Shown: piece after piece, positions 1-10,900 of the stretch
Position numbering within the stretch: position 1 is the first letter of the stretch
Layout of the letters: each line of letters begins with the position of its first letter
DNA from: an uncultured Rivularia sp.
GTDB lineage: Bacteria; Cyanobacteriota; Cyanobacteriia; Cyanobacteriales; Nostocaceae
DNA: 64,000 nucleotides
Direction of reading: 5' to 3'
Assembly: GCA_963665115.1 (NCBI GenBank)
Contig: OY762007.1
Coordinates: 4,384,001 to 4,448,000, forward strand
Notes under the pieces: generated by a model
Told to the model about the DNA's origin: nothing
Database searches by the model: none
Seen by the model: the letters and a program-made list of their open reading frames with translations, nothing else
Position numbers and translations under genes: made by a program

Positions 1-228
1 CAATTTTTCAATCGGGAACGCCGGATTATTCTCAGTGGTGGCGTGTATATTTTGCAAGGTGGTACTAATAGCATTAAGGGAGAGACTGTTACCTACTTAA
101 TTGATGAAGGACGATTTGTTGCTACACCAAAAAGTGGTCGTCAAGTTGAGTCTATATACGTTGTAGAGGATGCTCCTGCTCAATCAAATCAAGCCCCTTC
201 AACACCAAGATTAAGACGTTCTAATTAG
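1..228 (+). CDS. lptA: LptA/OstA-family LPS transport protein, 3' part (runs off window start)
   Basis: Frame open from base 1 (QFFNRERRIILSGGVYILQGGTNSIKGETVTYLIDEG), OstA-like beta-jellyroll pattern, 4 bp upstream of lptB. Confidence 0.8.
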   Translation, partial: QFFNRERRIILSGGVYILQGGTNSIKGETVTYLIDEGRFVATPKSGRQVESIYVVEDAPAQSNQAPSTPRLRRSN

Positions 229-232
229 AAAA

Positions 233-961
233 GTGAAAATTGTTTTAGAAAATATTCACAAGTCTTACGGTAAGCGGACTATTGTGAATCGCGTTAACTT
301 AACAGTATCTCAAGGTGAAATCGTCGGTTTATTAGGGCCTAATGGTGCTGGTAAAACGACGACTTTTTATATTGCTACTGGTTTAGAAAGACCAGATAGA
401 GGAACCGTTTGGCTTGATAACCGCGACATTACTAGTATTCCGATGCATGGAAGGGCACGTCTTGGTGTTGGTTATTTAGCGCAAGAAGCAAGTGTTTTTC
501 GTCAATTAACCGTCCGCGAAAATATTTTATTAGTATTCGAGCAAACCAACGTACCCCGCCCAGAATGGGGAATTCGCGTTAATAACCTATTACAGGAATT
601 CAGTTTAGAGAAAGTTGCTAACAGCAAAGGAATTCAACTTTCCGGAGGAGAAAGACGCAGAACCGAATTAGCTAGAGCCTTAGCATCTGGAAAGAATGGC
701 CCCTCATTTTTATTTTTAGATGAACCCTTTGCTGGAGTCGATCCCATAGCAGTTTACGAAATTCAGGAAATTATTGCAGGGCTTCGCGATCGCAACATGG
801 GAATATTGATTACAGATCACAACGTGCGCGAAACCCTTGACATTACCGATAGGGGTTATATCATGCGCGAAGGAGAAATACTAGCCTCCGGTTCCTCCAA
901 CGAACTTTACGATAATCCTCTTGTAAGGCAATATTATTTGGGTGATAATTTTCAAGTTTAG
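233..961 (+). CDS. lptB: LPS export ABC transporter ATP-binding protein
   Basis: Walker A GPNGAGKTT, LSGGERRRTELARALA signature, LDEPFAGVDP, ILITDHNVRETL. Confidence 0.95.
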   Translation: MKIVLENIHKSYGKRTIVNRVNLTVSQGEIVGLLGPNGAGKTTTFYIATGLERPDRGTVWLDNRDITSIPMHGRARLGVGYLAQEASVFRQLTVRENILLVFEQTNVPRPEWGIRVNNLLQEFSLEKVANSKGIQLSGGERRRTELARALASGKNGPSFLFLDEPFAGVDPIAVYEIQEIIAGLRDRNMGILITDHNVRETLDITDRGYIMREGEILASGSSNELYDNPLVRQYYLGDNFQV

Positions 962-1112
962 TATGAAGGGGAATTGGGCATTGGGCATTGGGCATTTGGG
1001 ATGGGGAGACAAGGGGACAAGGGGACAAGGAGATGGGGAGGAAATAAAAATTTCTAACTATTCATAAAAGATTATTAATCCAAAATTAAAAATCTAAAAT
1101 CTAAAATTCCAT

Positions 1113-1190
1113 AACTCCTAACTCCCTACTCCCTACTCCTAACTCCCTACTCCCTACTCCCTACTCCCTACTCCCTACTTCCTCCTAACT
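1113..1190. repeat. Heptamer STRR array (ACTCCCT/ACTCCTA)n
   Basis: Tandem 7-mers visible between lptB and the permease gene. Confidence 0.9.
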
Positions 1191-1214
1191 GTTCACCGTT
1201 CACTGTTCACTGAA

Positions 1215-2345
1215 ATGCCAATGTCAATTATGGATCGCTATCTCACCAGGGAAATGGTGCCGCCATTTTTATTTGGTGTTGCTGCTTTTTCTTCGCTGGG
1301 AGTATCAATTGGTGCGGTTTTTGAATTAGTACGTAAAGTTGTTGAATCTGGATTGCCTATAGGGATAGCTGCTAGAGTTTTTGTCTTAAATTTTCCCGAA
1401 TTTATAGTTTTAGCTTTTCCTATGTCTACGCTATTGGCTACTTTGATGACTTACAGTCGTCTTTCTAGTCAAAGCGAACTGACAGCATTGCGTAGCTGTG
1501 GGGTTAGCGTTTATCGAATGGTGGCTACAGCAATATGTTTAAGTTGTCTGGTAACTGGATTAACATTTGTATTTAACGAACAAATTGCCCCAGCGGCAAA
1601 GTACGAAGCTACTCTTACGATGAGAAAAGCTTTAAAAACCGAACAGCCTTCTTTTAAAAGAGAAAATTTAATTTATCCTGAATTCAAAAAAGTTAAACGA
1701 GAAGACGGAAGTAAAGAAAAAGTTTTATCGCGGCTATTTTATGCCGATAAATTTGATGGTAAGACGATGAGAGGTCTAACAATTATAGACCGTTCTCAAG
1801 ACGATTTTAGTCAAATTCTTCAGGCCGAATCGGGAGAATGGAACGTTAAGGATAATGTTTGGGATTTTTACAACGGTACCATTTATTTGGTTGCTCCAGA
1901 CCGCTCTTATCGCAATATTGTCCGCTTTGAACGTCAACAGTTAAAGTTACCCCGCACTGCATTAGATTTAGCCAAAGAAAGCCGCGATTACGGGGAAATG
2001 AATATTCTCCAAGCATTAGAACAATTAGAAGTAGAAAAGCTTCGTGGTGACGACCGAAAAATTCGCAAACTTCAAGTTAGGATTCAGCAAAAATTCGCTT
2101 TACCATTCGTTTGCGTGGTTTTTGGCTTAGTTGGTGCGACAATGGGAAGTGTACCTGGAAGAACTGGTTCCGCAAAAAGTTTTGGTATCAGCGTAATAAT
2201 TATTTTTGGCTACTATTTATTCAGCTTTATTAGTGGTGGATTAGCGCAAGCTGGTGTTTTTTCTCCTTTTATTGGTGCTTGGTTTCCCAACTTCTTAGGA
2301 TTGGGAATCGGTTTATTTTTATTAGGAAGGGTTGCAAAACGGTAG
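1215..2345 (+). CDS. LptF/LptG family permease
   Basis: MDRYL start, LSSQSELTALRSCGVS motif, 3 TM + periplasmic domain + 3 TM, follows lptB. Confidence 0.92.
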   Translation: MPMSIMDRYLTREMVPPFLFGVAAFSSLGVSIGAVFELVRKVVESGLPIGIAARVFVLNFPEFIVLAFPMSTLLATLMTYSRLSSQSELTALRSCGVSVYRMVATAICLSCLVTGLTFVFNEQIAPAAKYEATLTMRKALKTEQPSFKRENLIYPEFKKVKREDGSKEKVLSRLFYADKFDGKTMRGLTIIDRSQDDFSQILQAESGEWNVKDNVWDFYNGTIYLVAPDRSYRNIVRFERQQLKLPRTALDLAKESRDYGEMNILQALEQLEVEKLRGDDRKIRKLQVRIQQKFALPFVCVVFGLVGATMGSVPGRTGSAKSFGISVIIIFGYYLFSFISGGLAQAGVFSPFIGAWFPNFLGLGIGLFLLGRVAKR

Positions 2346-2621
2346 GAGTTAGGAGTGAGTAGAGAGTTGGGAGTTGGGAGTAGAGAGTAGAGAGTTGGGA
2401 GTTGGGAGTTGGGAATATAAAATCATTTGTAGTGGGAGCATCTTGCTTCCTTGTTGTTTTCCGTACTGCAAAAAATTCCTCATGCCCCATGCCCAATTCC
2501 CAAAAACTTCAGTGTAAAAATACTGACATTCGTCAAAAATTTAACAATAATCTACATAGGAATTATGACGCAGCACTCTTAAAACGTTAGGATTAAGGAA
2601 TAATCTAATTTTGGGTTTCTC

Positions 2622-4058
2622 ATGTCACGTTTCCGTTACCGTTCCCCCCGTTTACGCTACTTGAGAGCTAGGTTATCGATTTTTACTCGTCCTAGTTTTT
2701 TAGCCGCGCTGGTTTTTTTATCATGTTTAGGATTTGTAGTTAAAGAATACTGGACTAATCCTGATTTTCTGAAATTTGCCCAAAATCAAGAAGCACCGTC
2801 ACAGACATCATCAAGTTCTGATTCCTCGCTTTCTGATGAAGATAGAGCTATTGCTGCCGATATTGATAATTTATCGGTGCTTGATTTCGATAAACAACAG
2901 GCAAATATACCTATAACCACAAATATTAATGATGGTAAGAAAATTAAACAGCAAAACGAAACTCAACTAACAAAGATATTAGATTTAGCTGAAAAGAATC
3001 AGAAAGCAAACAAAATTAAGCCAAATACGACTAAATCACAAACAACTAATACTCCATCAACATCGCAGCAAAATCCGTTTTTAAAGCAAGCTAAAGATTT
3101 ATTAAATTTCAAGTTTGATACTGGTAATATTAACGGTAATGTTAATAGCTTGTCTCCATTTTCTACTGATTTACAAACATCTCAAAACTCATTTAATTTA
3201 GGTATTAATAAGAGTCAATCAGTTAATCCTGAAAGTGCTTTGCAAAAATCAATAAATGACTCTAATAATAAACAAATTCAAGAAAATTTAGCAGAAAATA
3301 GTTCGACTGACAAAAATACTTTTGGACAACTACTCCAAAATGGTCAAAAAGCACCTTCATCTAATTCATCAAATAATCAAAATCTGCGGCAAAGTCAAAC
3401 TGATTCCCTTGTTAATACAAATCTTTTTAATCAACCTTTAAATAATCAATCTCAAAATCCCTACGGTAACTTTAACAATAATCAATTACCCGCAAATAAT
3501 TACACTCAACCGGGATTAAATAATCAACCTCAAAATCCCTACGGCAACTTTAACAATAATCAATTACCCGCGAATAATTACACTCAACCGGGATTAAATA
3601 ATCAACCTCAAAATCCCTACGGCAACTTTAACAATAATCAATTACCTGGAAATAATTACACTCAACCGGGATTAAATAATCAATCTCAAAATCCCTACGG
3701 CAACTTTAACAATAATCAATTACCTGGAAACAACAATTTCAACAATAATCCACAGCAAAATCCTTACAGCAACTTTAATCGGAATCAACTACCTGCAAAT
3801 CAGGTACAAAATCCCTATAACAATTTTAATAATACTCAAACAAGGAATAATGGATATAGTCCGCAAACACAAACAAGAATTAATAATGCTTACAATCGAT
3901 TAATTAATCGAGATTTTCCTGGTGCAGCTACTCGTAATAATTACACAGCACCAAATAACAATATAAATACAGTCCAACAACCCAACGTGCAGCAGTTTAA
4001 TTCAACCTATTCACCACAAACCCCCATTCAGTATCCGAATAATGGGTATCGTTATTAA
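2622..4058 (+). CDS. Hypothetical membrane-anchored protein with long N/Q-rich repeat tail
   Basis: 478 aa ORF, basic N-terminus, one TM segment, 26-aa tandem repeats. Confidence 0.8.
   Translation: MSRFRYRSPRLRYLRARLSIFTRPSFLAALVFLSCLGFVVKEYWTNPDFLKFAQNQEAPSQTSSSSDSSLSDEDRAIAADIDNLSVLDFDKQQANIPITTNINDGKKIKQQNETQLTKILDLAEKNQKANKIKPNTTKSQTTNTPSTSQQNPFLKQAKDLLNFKFDTGNINGNVNSLSPFSTDLQTSQNSFNLGINKSQSVNPESALQKSINDSNNKQIQENLAENSSTDKNTFGQLLQNGQKAPSSNSSNNQNLRQSQTDSLVNTNLFNQPLNNQSQNPYGNFNNNQLPANNYTQPGLNNQPQNPYGNFNNNQLPANNYTQPGLNNQPQNPYGNFNNNQLPGNNYTQPGLNNQSQNPYGNFNNNQLPGNNNFNNNPQQNPYSNFNRNQLPANQVQNPYNNFNNTQTRNNGYSPQTQTRINNAYNRLINRDFPGAATRNNYTAPNNNINTVQQPNVQQFNSTYSPQTPIQYPNNGYRY
3441..3735 (+). repeat. 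78-bp intragenic tandem repeat (about 3.7 copies)
   Basis: Units start at 3441, 3519, 3597, 3675 and encode NNQ(S/P)QNPYGNFNNNQLP(A/G)NNYTQPGL. Confidence 0.95.
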
Positions 4059-4089
4059 CTTATGCTTTTGTCAACACATACCATATTTA

Positions 4090-4180
4090 GGTAATTGGTA
4101 ATTGGTAATTGGTAATTGGTAATTGGTAATTGGTAATTGGTAATTGGTAATTGGTAATTGGTAATTGGTAATTGGTAATT
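4090..4180. repeat. (GGTAATT)13 STRR array
   Basis: Perfect 7-mer tandem between convergent genes. Confidence 0.95.
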
Positions 4181-4206
4181 AAAGAAGCATTCTTTATCTT
4201 CTAGAA

Positions 4207-4608
4207 TCAGTTAATTACTTCGGCAACTTTCGCAGTATCTTGATAAAAAGGTAAGATTTCAACTACTTTGCCATCTTTAACTTTGATGAATTCCGTTATC
4301 GGCATTTCAATTTTTTTTGATGTATTTCTGGCTGTAGCTTTGAGGGTGAATCTTGCCACCACTTCAGAACCTATATCAAAGAATTCTAAACCTTGCATAA
4401 GCGGATTCTTCCATACTTTCATAAAAGTATCAAAATATTCTTTCGCTCCGGTGTATCCTTCCCAAGTTCCTTTGTACGGAAGTGATTGAACTTCATGTAG
4501 CTTGAATTCAGGATGCAAAGTAGCAAGAATATTTTCTAAATTACCTGTACTTTTAGCTTGATAATAAGCCTCAACGATTTGAACATTATCTTCAGAAGAA
4601 ACAGCCAT
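4207..4608 (-). CDS. SnoaL-like / NTF2-family protein
   Basis: LPYKGTWEG, FIKVKDGKVVEILPFYQDT pattern, 133 aa. Confidence 0.85.
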   Translation of the reverse strand: MAVSSEDNVQIVEAYYQAKSTGNLENILATLHPEFKLHEVQSLPYKGTWEGYTGAKEYFDTFMKVWKNPLMQGLEFFDIGSEVVARFTLKATARNTSKKIEMPITEFIKVKDGKVVEILPFYQDTAKVAEVIN

Positions 4609-4636
4609 TTTTTATCCTTCCTGTACTTTCTAATTG

Positions 4637-5528
4637 CTAACTTATATGAAATTCTTTTAAAAGAGACTCTCGTGCAAAAACTACACGTGGATGTCTTAAA
4701 TTACCACGATTCCAAACCAGATACAATTTATTAGTTGGTGGATTCAAAGGTTGATGAAGCAATGTTAAGGAGCCATCCTTCAACTGATTTTTACATAAAT
4801 ATTTTGGTAATACAGAATATCCCTGTTCTTCTAAAATGAGAGCTAATACCATTCTTAAGTCTCCAACTATTGCTGCTGGTTGCACATCAATTTGAATGCT
4901 GAAGACTTGCTCAAAATATTGCCGAATCAAAGGTAAATCTTCGTCATAAGCTATCAAAGATTGAGTTAATAATTGAGTCGGTAATATAGGTTTAGTTAAA
5001 TGACGTTTTACCCAACTTGGTGCTGCTACCAAAACAAACGTCTCTTTCTCAATTTCTGCATATCCTAAAGCACGACTTGAAGGTTGTGAAGCGGTAATTG
5101 CTAAATCAATCGCACCATCATCAAGAAGCGAGTAAATTGTTTCCTTTCCTCCAGGGTGAATGCGAACTTTTATACCATGATTTATTAAAACAGCCAAAGC
5201 AGGAGCTAAACGAGCATTTAAAAATTCTCCTGGTGCAGCCATATGAATCGTTCCTGCAATACTAGAAGCTCTTGCCTGTACTTTATTAAAGCCAATTTCA
5301 ATACTATCAATATGAGAACCGATAGAACGAGCCAAATCATGTGCGATCGCCGTTGGGTCAATTCCTCTTGCATGTCTTGTAAACAGCTTTTTTTTGAGTT
5401 GAACTTCTAAAGTCCGAATATGACTCGATACCGCAGGTTGAGTAATACCAAGACTTTCCGCTGCTTTTGTCAGCGACCCCCAAGCGATAAGCTTCTATAA
5501 ATGTCCGTAGTTGGGCTAAATAAGACAT
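4637..5528 (-). pseudogene. LysR-family regulator with +1 frameshift (real or sequencing error)
   Basis: ATG at 5528 gives MSYLAQLRTFIEAYRLG; removing one base of the C5 run at 5477-5481 continues as SLTKAAESLGITQPAVSSHIRTLE into the 4637-5335 ORF. Confidence 0.88.
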
Positions 5529-5566
5529 TTGATTTTAGATTTTAGATTTGTAAAGAGTTCCGCAAC

Positions 5567-6093
5567 TGTGTAGAGACGTTATACATAACGTCTCCCAGGG
5601 TTTACCGAACAAAACGGACCCGTCAAAAATTATGAAAAGGACTACTAGTGGTCCTTTGCATAAATTCTGAGGGGTTCGTTTTCGACCTAACGTCGGGAGA
5701 CGTAGCATTGCTACGTCTCTACAACCCATCAAAACAAATGAAAAGGACTACTAGTACTCCACCACATAAGTTTTGCAGGGTAATCAAAATGTAGTGGGAG
5801 CGTCTCGCTCCCTCGTGACAATCAGTGAGCTTTCCGGCTCGCACTCCCGGAACCCCGCAGAATTAATGTGACAGACTACTAGTAGTCCTTTGCATAAATT
5901 CTGACGGGTTCGTTTTCGACCTAACGTCGGGAGACGTAGCACTGCTACGTCTCTACAACCCATCAAAACAAATGAAAAGGACTACTAGTAGTCGATTGTA
6001 TTAAATTTAACGGATTCGTGTTCTCGGAACCGTTGGGAGACGTTATGTATAACGTCTCTACAATCCGTCGGAATAAATCAAATAGACCATTAG
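5567..6093. mobile_element. Tandem array of CTAG-flanked MITE-like units, each carrying a REP hairpin
   Basis: CTAG at 5645, 5751, 5879, 5985 and TTAG at 6090 separate units of 102, 124, 102 and 101 bp, each with imperfect ~28-bp terminal inverted repeats; an inverted half unit lies at 5567-5644. Confidence 0.8.
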
Positions 6094-6194
6094 CTATAAA
6101 TTATATTATGGCTGCACTAATAAATACATACTTCTCTTATAGCTACATCGCAATTATATTGAGAGATGTAAAGCGAAACGACACTATAACAACA

Positions 6195-6894
6195 ATGTCC
6201 AAAATATTAATCGTCACAACTTCTCATGCTCAAATAGAAGCAAATAACAAAGCAACTGGTTTATGGCTGGAAGAATTAACAACACCTTATTATGTATTTG
6301 TTGATGCGGGATTATCGGTGACTATTGCTTCTATCAAAGGTGGTGAAATTCCTGTAGACCCCCACGAGTAAAAAAGCATCTGGGGAAAATTCTTCCAGCG
6401 TTGAGCGATTCCTTAAAGATTCCCAAGCTGTGGAAGCAATAAAGAATTCAGTTTCAGTCGAAGAAATAGACTCTTCTGAATACGATGCTATTTTTCTACC
6501 AGGTGGTCATGGGACAATGTGGGATTTACCAAATAACCAAAAATTATCTCAAATTATCTCGGAGACTTTAGAACAGAACCGAATTGTTTCTGCTGTTTGT
6601 CACGGACCAGCAGGATTGGTATCTGCGAAAAAAGCAGATGGGACTCCGATTGTTGAGGGGTATAAATTGAGCGGGTTTACTAATTCTGAGGAAGAAATTG
6701 TAGGTTTGAGCGAAACTGTACCTTTTCTATTAGAAACAAAACTTCGTCAACTTGGTGCTGATTTTCAAAGTACCGAAAACTTTCAAGCATTTGTGACAGT
6801 AGACCGAAATTTAATTACGGGTCAAAATCCAGCTTCATCGCGTTTAGTCGCAGAAAAAGTTCTTGATAAATTAGCTGTTTTAACTTCAAAATAA
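6195..6894 (+). pseudogene. DJ-1/PfpI (type 1 glutamine amidotransferase-like) protein with +1 frameshift
   Basis: MSKILIVTTSH...TGLWLEELTTPYY then GGHGTMWDL and AVCHGPAGL; the frames join if one C is removed from the run at 6359-6363. Confidence 0.88.
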
Positions 6895-6927
6895 CTGGTT
6901 GTACAAGTAATCAAAGGTATTAAACAA

Positions 6928-7770
6928 ATGTTAAATCGTAAAATCAGCTTCTTCGTTTTAGCGGGATTACTTGCTTCTGCTTGCATTCCTCCCGCTTTCG
7001 GAATTTTAAAGTCTTCTTTTATCGATGATTCAGCAAAGCAAATTACCCAAAATTCTTCTGAAACACGAATTATCAAATCCCAAGCTACTCAAAATTCCCA
7101 GAAAATTTTAATTGTTCTAACCAATCATAATAAATTGGGAAATACTGGTAAGAAAACAGGTTTTTATCTCGATGAAGTTGCTCATCCCTATGCTGTTTTT
7201 ACTAAAGCTGGATTTGAAGTAGATTTTGTTAGTCCAACTGGAGAAGAAGCACCGATTGACCCCAAAAGTTATAACCTTAATGACCCATTAAATAAACAGT
7301 TTGTCAATGATAAAAGTATCATGAATCGAATCAAAGATACTTTATCACCCAAAGAAATTGATTCTAATAAATATAGTGCAATTTTCTTTGCTGGTGGACA
7401 TGGTGTGATGTGGGATTTACCAAACAACAAAGAATTATCAAAAATAACTGCTGCGATTTATGAAAAAGGAGGAGTTGTAGGTGCAGTTTGTCACGGTCCT
7501 GCTGGTTTAGTTAATGTTAAATTAAGCAATGGAAATTATTTAGTAGCTGGTAAAGAAGTTGCTGCTTTTACGAATGAGGAAGAGGAAGCGGTTAAGTTAA
7601 CTGAAGAAATGCCGTTTTTATTAGAAACAAAATTAATTAAACGTGGTGCAAAGCATACCGAAGCCGCTAATTTTCAATCTCATGTTGTAGTTAGCGGAAA
7701 TCTCGTCACCGGACAAAATCCTGCTTCTGCTACTAAAACCGCTGAAGAAATGGTGAAGATTTTGGAATAA
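6928..7770 (+). CDS. DJ-1/PfpI-family protein with N-terminal signal peptide
   Basis: TGFYLDEVAHPY, GGHGVMWDL, AVCHGPAGL, VTGQNPAS; hydrophobic N-terminus. Confidence 0.9.
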   Translation: MLNRKISFFVLAGLLASACIPPAFGILKSSFIDDSAKQITQNSSETRIIKSQATQNSQKILIVLTNHNKLGNTGKKTGFYLDEVAHPYAVFTKAGFEVDFVSPTGEEAPIDPKSYNLNDPLNKQFVNDKSIMNRIKDTLSPKEIDSNKYSAIFFAGGHGVMWDLPNNKELSKITAAIYEKGGVVGAVCHGPAGLVNVKLSNGNYLVAGKEVAAFTNEEEEAVKLTEEMPFLLETKLIKRGAKHTEAANFQSHVVVSGNLVTGQNPASATKTAEEMVKILE

Positions 7771-7995
7771 ATAATTAGAAGGTTTATCATCCTGGCACAA
7801 AAAAAATTGTAGTAACGCACCGTACACCAAAGACAAGCGGTGCGTTAAAACGTTCCGTTTATAACGCACCCTACGAAGAAAGAAATTACTTTTTTTCCGG
7901 TGGAAAATTACGGATAAAAAAAACCGCAGAGAACGCTGAGGAAGAGGTAAAGAGAGATAGGAGTTAATAATTTTATCCCCTATCTCCCTATCCCT

Positions 7996-10900
7996 CTATC
8001 TCCTCCCATTCCCAACCGCAACAGCTTCTCTTTCTTCTTTGGCTTGTTGCTTTTCTGGAGACAAGCTTTGACAGTCGTTTTTAAAGTTACAGAAAAGTGT
8101 GGAAATTACGATGTAAAGCACTGGAACGATAAACAAACTCAATACCGTTGAAACTACCATTCCACCGAATACCGCTGTACCCAAGGATTGACGAGAAGCA
8201 GCACCCGCACCAGTTGCAATTACTAGGGGGAAGATTCCCAATAATGTGGAAATCGCTGTCATGATAATTGGTCTTAAACGCTGTTCGGATGCTTGAATTG
8301 CTGCTCTAGTTATAGATAATCCCTGTTCTCTTAGCTGGTTGGCGAATTCAACAATCAAAATGGCGTTTTTACTAGCCAAACCAATCAACATTACTAAACC
8401 AACTTGACAATAAACATCATTGGGTAAACCCCTTACTGATTGAGCTAATAATGCTCCTAAAATTGCTAGGGGAACTGCTAACAAAATAATAATCGGGTCA
8501 ACGAAGTTCTCGTATTGTGCTGCTAAAACCAAGAACACAAATAAGATACCCAAACCAAAAATTATTGGTGCTTGTCCCCCAGATTGAATTTCTTCTAAAG
8601 TAATCCCCGACCATTCAAAGTCCATGTTTTGGGGTAGTACTTCTTCAGCGATTTCCTCCATCGCTGCGATTGCTTGTCCGGAACTGTAACCGTCTGCTGG
8701 GGAACCGTTGATTTCTATGGAAGGGAACAAATTATAGTGGTTTACTGTTTGGGGTCCGGTAAGGTTTTTGACTTCTACTAAGTCACCCAGGGGAATCATT
8801 GTACCTTGTTGGGAACGAACGTAGAACTGATTAATATCTTTGGGATTGGAACGAAATTCTTTGTCTGCTTGGACGTATACCCGATAAGTGCGTCCAAAAG
8901 CGTTGAAATCATTAACGTAATTGGAACCAATCAAAGTTCCTACAGTTGTCAGCACATCATCAACAGATACTTGTAATGAATTAGCTCTGTCTCGATTAAC
9001 TTCTAGCAATAATTGCGGAGCGTTAGCAGAATAAGTACTAAAAACACCTTGCAATTCCGGTCTTTGATTGGCTTTTTGAATCAACTCGTCTTTAATTTTA
9101 ATAAAAGTTCCAATATCACTATTTCCTTTATCTTGCAGTTGAAAGACAAAACCACCAATACTACCCAAACCTTGAATTGCTGGAGGGTTAAAAGCAATTA
9201 CCCTAGCTTGAGAAATATTTGCTAATCCTCCCCTTACCCGATTCAAAATACTTGCAGCCGATTTTTCGGGGTCTTTTCGCTCTCCCCAAGGTTCAAAGGG
9301 AACAAAAGAAATGCCGTAATTAGCTGCTCTTCCGCTAAAACTAAATCCTCCCAAAGAAAACGTTCCCCTAACTTCAGGAATATCAAGATATTGTTTATCA
9401 ACCTGCTCCATAACTTCCCCGGTATATTCTAAAGAAGTTCCTTCGGGACCTTGAATTAAATTAATTACATAACCTTGGTCTTCATCTGGAAGAAATGCTG
9501 TGGGAACTGTTTGGTACATCCAAACTGTGATTGCAAGTAAAAATGCAAATATTCCTAAAACTATCAATTTAAAATTTGTCAGTAACCCAAGGGCACTTTT
9601 ATACCCCGAACGCATCAAATCAATACCGCGATTTACTACATCAAATATTTTCGCTAACCATCCCGTAGGTTCTTGTCCGGGACGCAATAATAATGATGAA
9701 AGAGCGGGAGTTAATGTTAAAGCATTGAAAGTCGAAATAACAACTGCAAAACTAATAGTTAATGCAAATTGCTGGTAAAGTTGTCCGGTAGTTCCGGGAA
9801 AAAACGCTACAGGAATAAACACCGCTAACAACACCAAAGAAGTTGCAATTACTGCTCCCGAAAGTTCTCCCATCGCTTCAATTGCAGCTAAATGCGGACG
9901 CATTCCTTGTTCTTGTACCTTACCCCCAATATCTTCAACCACCACAATCGCATCATCAACCACCATTCCGGTAGCTAATGTCAAACCGAACAAAGTCAAG
10001 CTATTAATTGAAAAATCAAATACCTTAATAAAAGCAAACGTTCCCACCAAAGCAACTGGAATTACCACTGCTGGAACAATAGTAGCTCGCCAATTTTGCA
10101 AAAACAAAAACAGTACCAAAACCACCAGCAATATTGCTTGAATTAATGTAGTTACTACTTCCTTACTTGATTCCTCAACAAACAAAGTAGGGTCATAAGG
10201 TACCGCATAACTTAATCCAGGGGGAAAATCTTCTGCTAATTCCTTCATTCTCGCTTTCACAGCTGTAGCAGCAGCCAAAGCATTACTACCAGGTGTCTGC
10301 AATACTCGATAACCAATTGCTCCTTGACCTCTATACCGAGCAAAAGTATCGTAATTTTCTGCTCCCAACTCAGCCCTACCAACATCCTTTAACTTAACCA
10401 GCGCTCCATCTTCCCCAGTTTTGAGAACAATTTCCTCAAACTCAGCGACTTCCCTTAAACGACCGGCAGCACGTATAGTTAATTGATACCTTTGTCCATC
10501 ATTCGTTGGTGGTTGACCGATACGTCCAGCACCTATCTGAACATTTTGGGTTTGTAAAGCAGCAACAACATCTCGTGCAGTCACTCCCCGACTCGCCAAA
10601 CGGCTGGGGTCAAGCCACAACCGCATCGCATAACGACGCTCACCAAATGGCTGCATATCGCTAACACCATCAATTCTCTTTATGCTATCGACTACGTATA
10701 AATCTGCATAGTTACTCACAAAGTTGTCATCATAAAGACCTTCTTCTTCACTGAAGATGGACATTCCCACAACAACACTACTCGACTGCTTAAATACATT
10801 AACACCAGTTCTTTGTACAGCCTGCGGTAACTGAGCTTCAGCAATAGATACCCGATTCAAAACATCAACAGCGGCAATATCAAGGTCATAACCCTGCTCA

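Noticed and set aside
3441..3735. CRISPR-like or mobile repeat
   Set aside because: In-frame 78-bp coding repeat with no unique spacers
5535..5966. Twin ORFs MMGCRDVA... as duplicated small peptides
   Set aside because: They are translations of the repeated MITE/REP units
5567..6093. CRISPR array
   Set aside because: The period is 105-128 bp, the 'spacers' are homologous to each other and bounded by their own inverted repeats, and no cas genes are present
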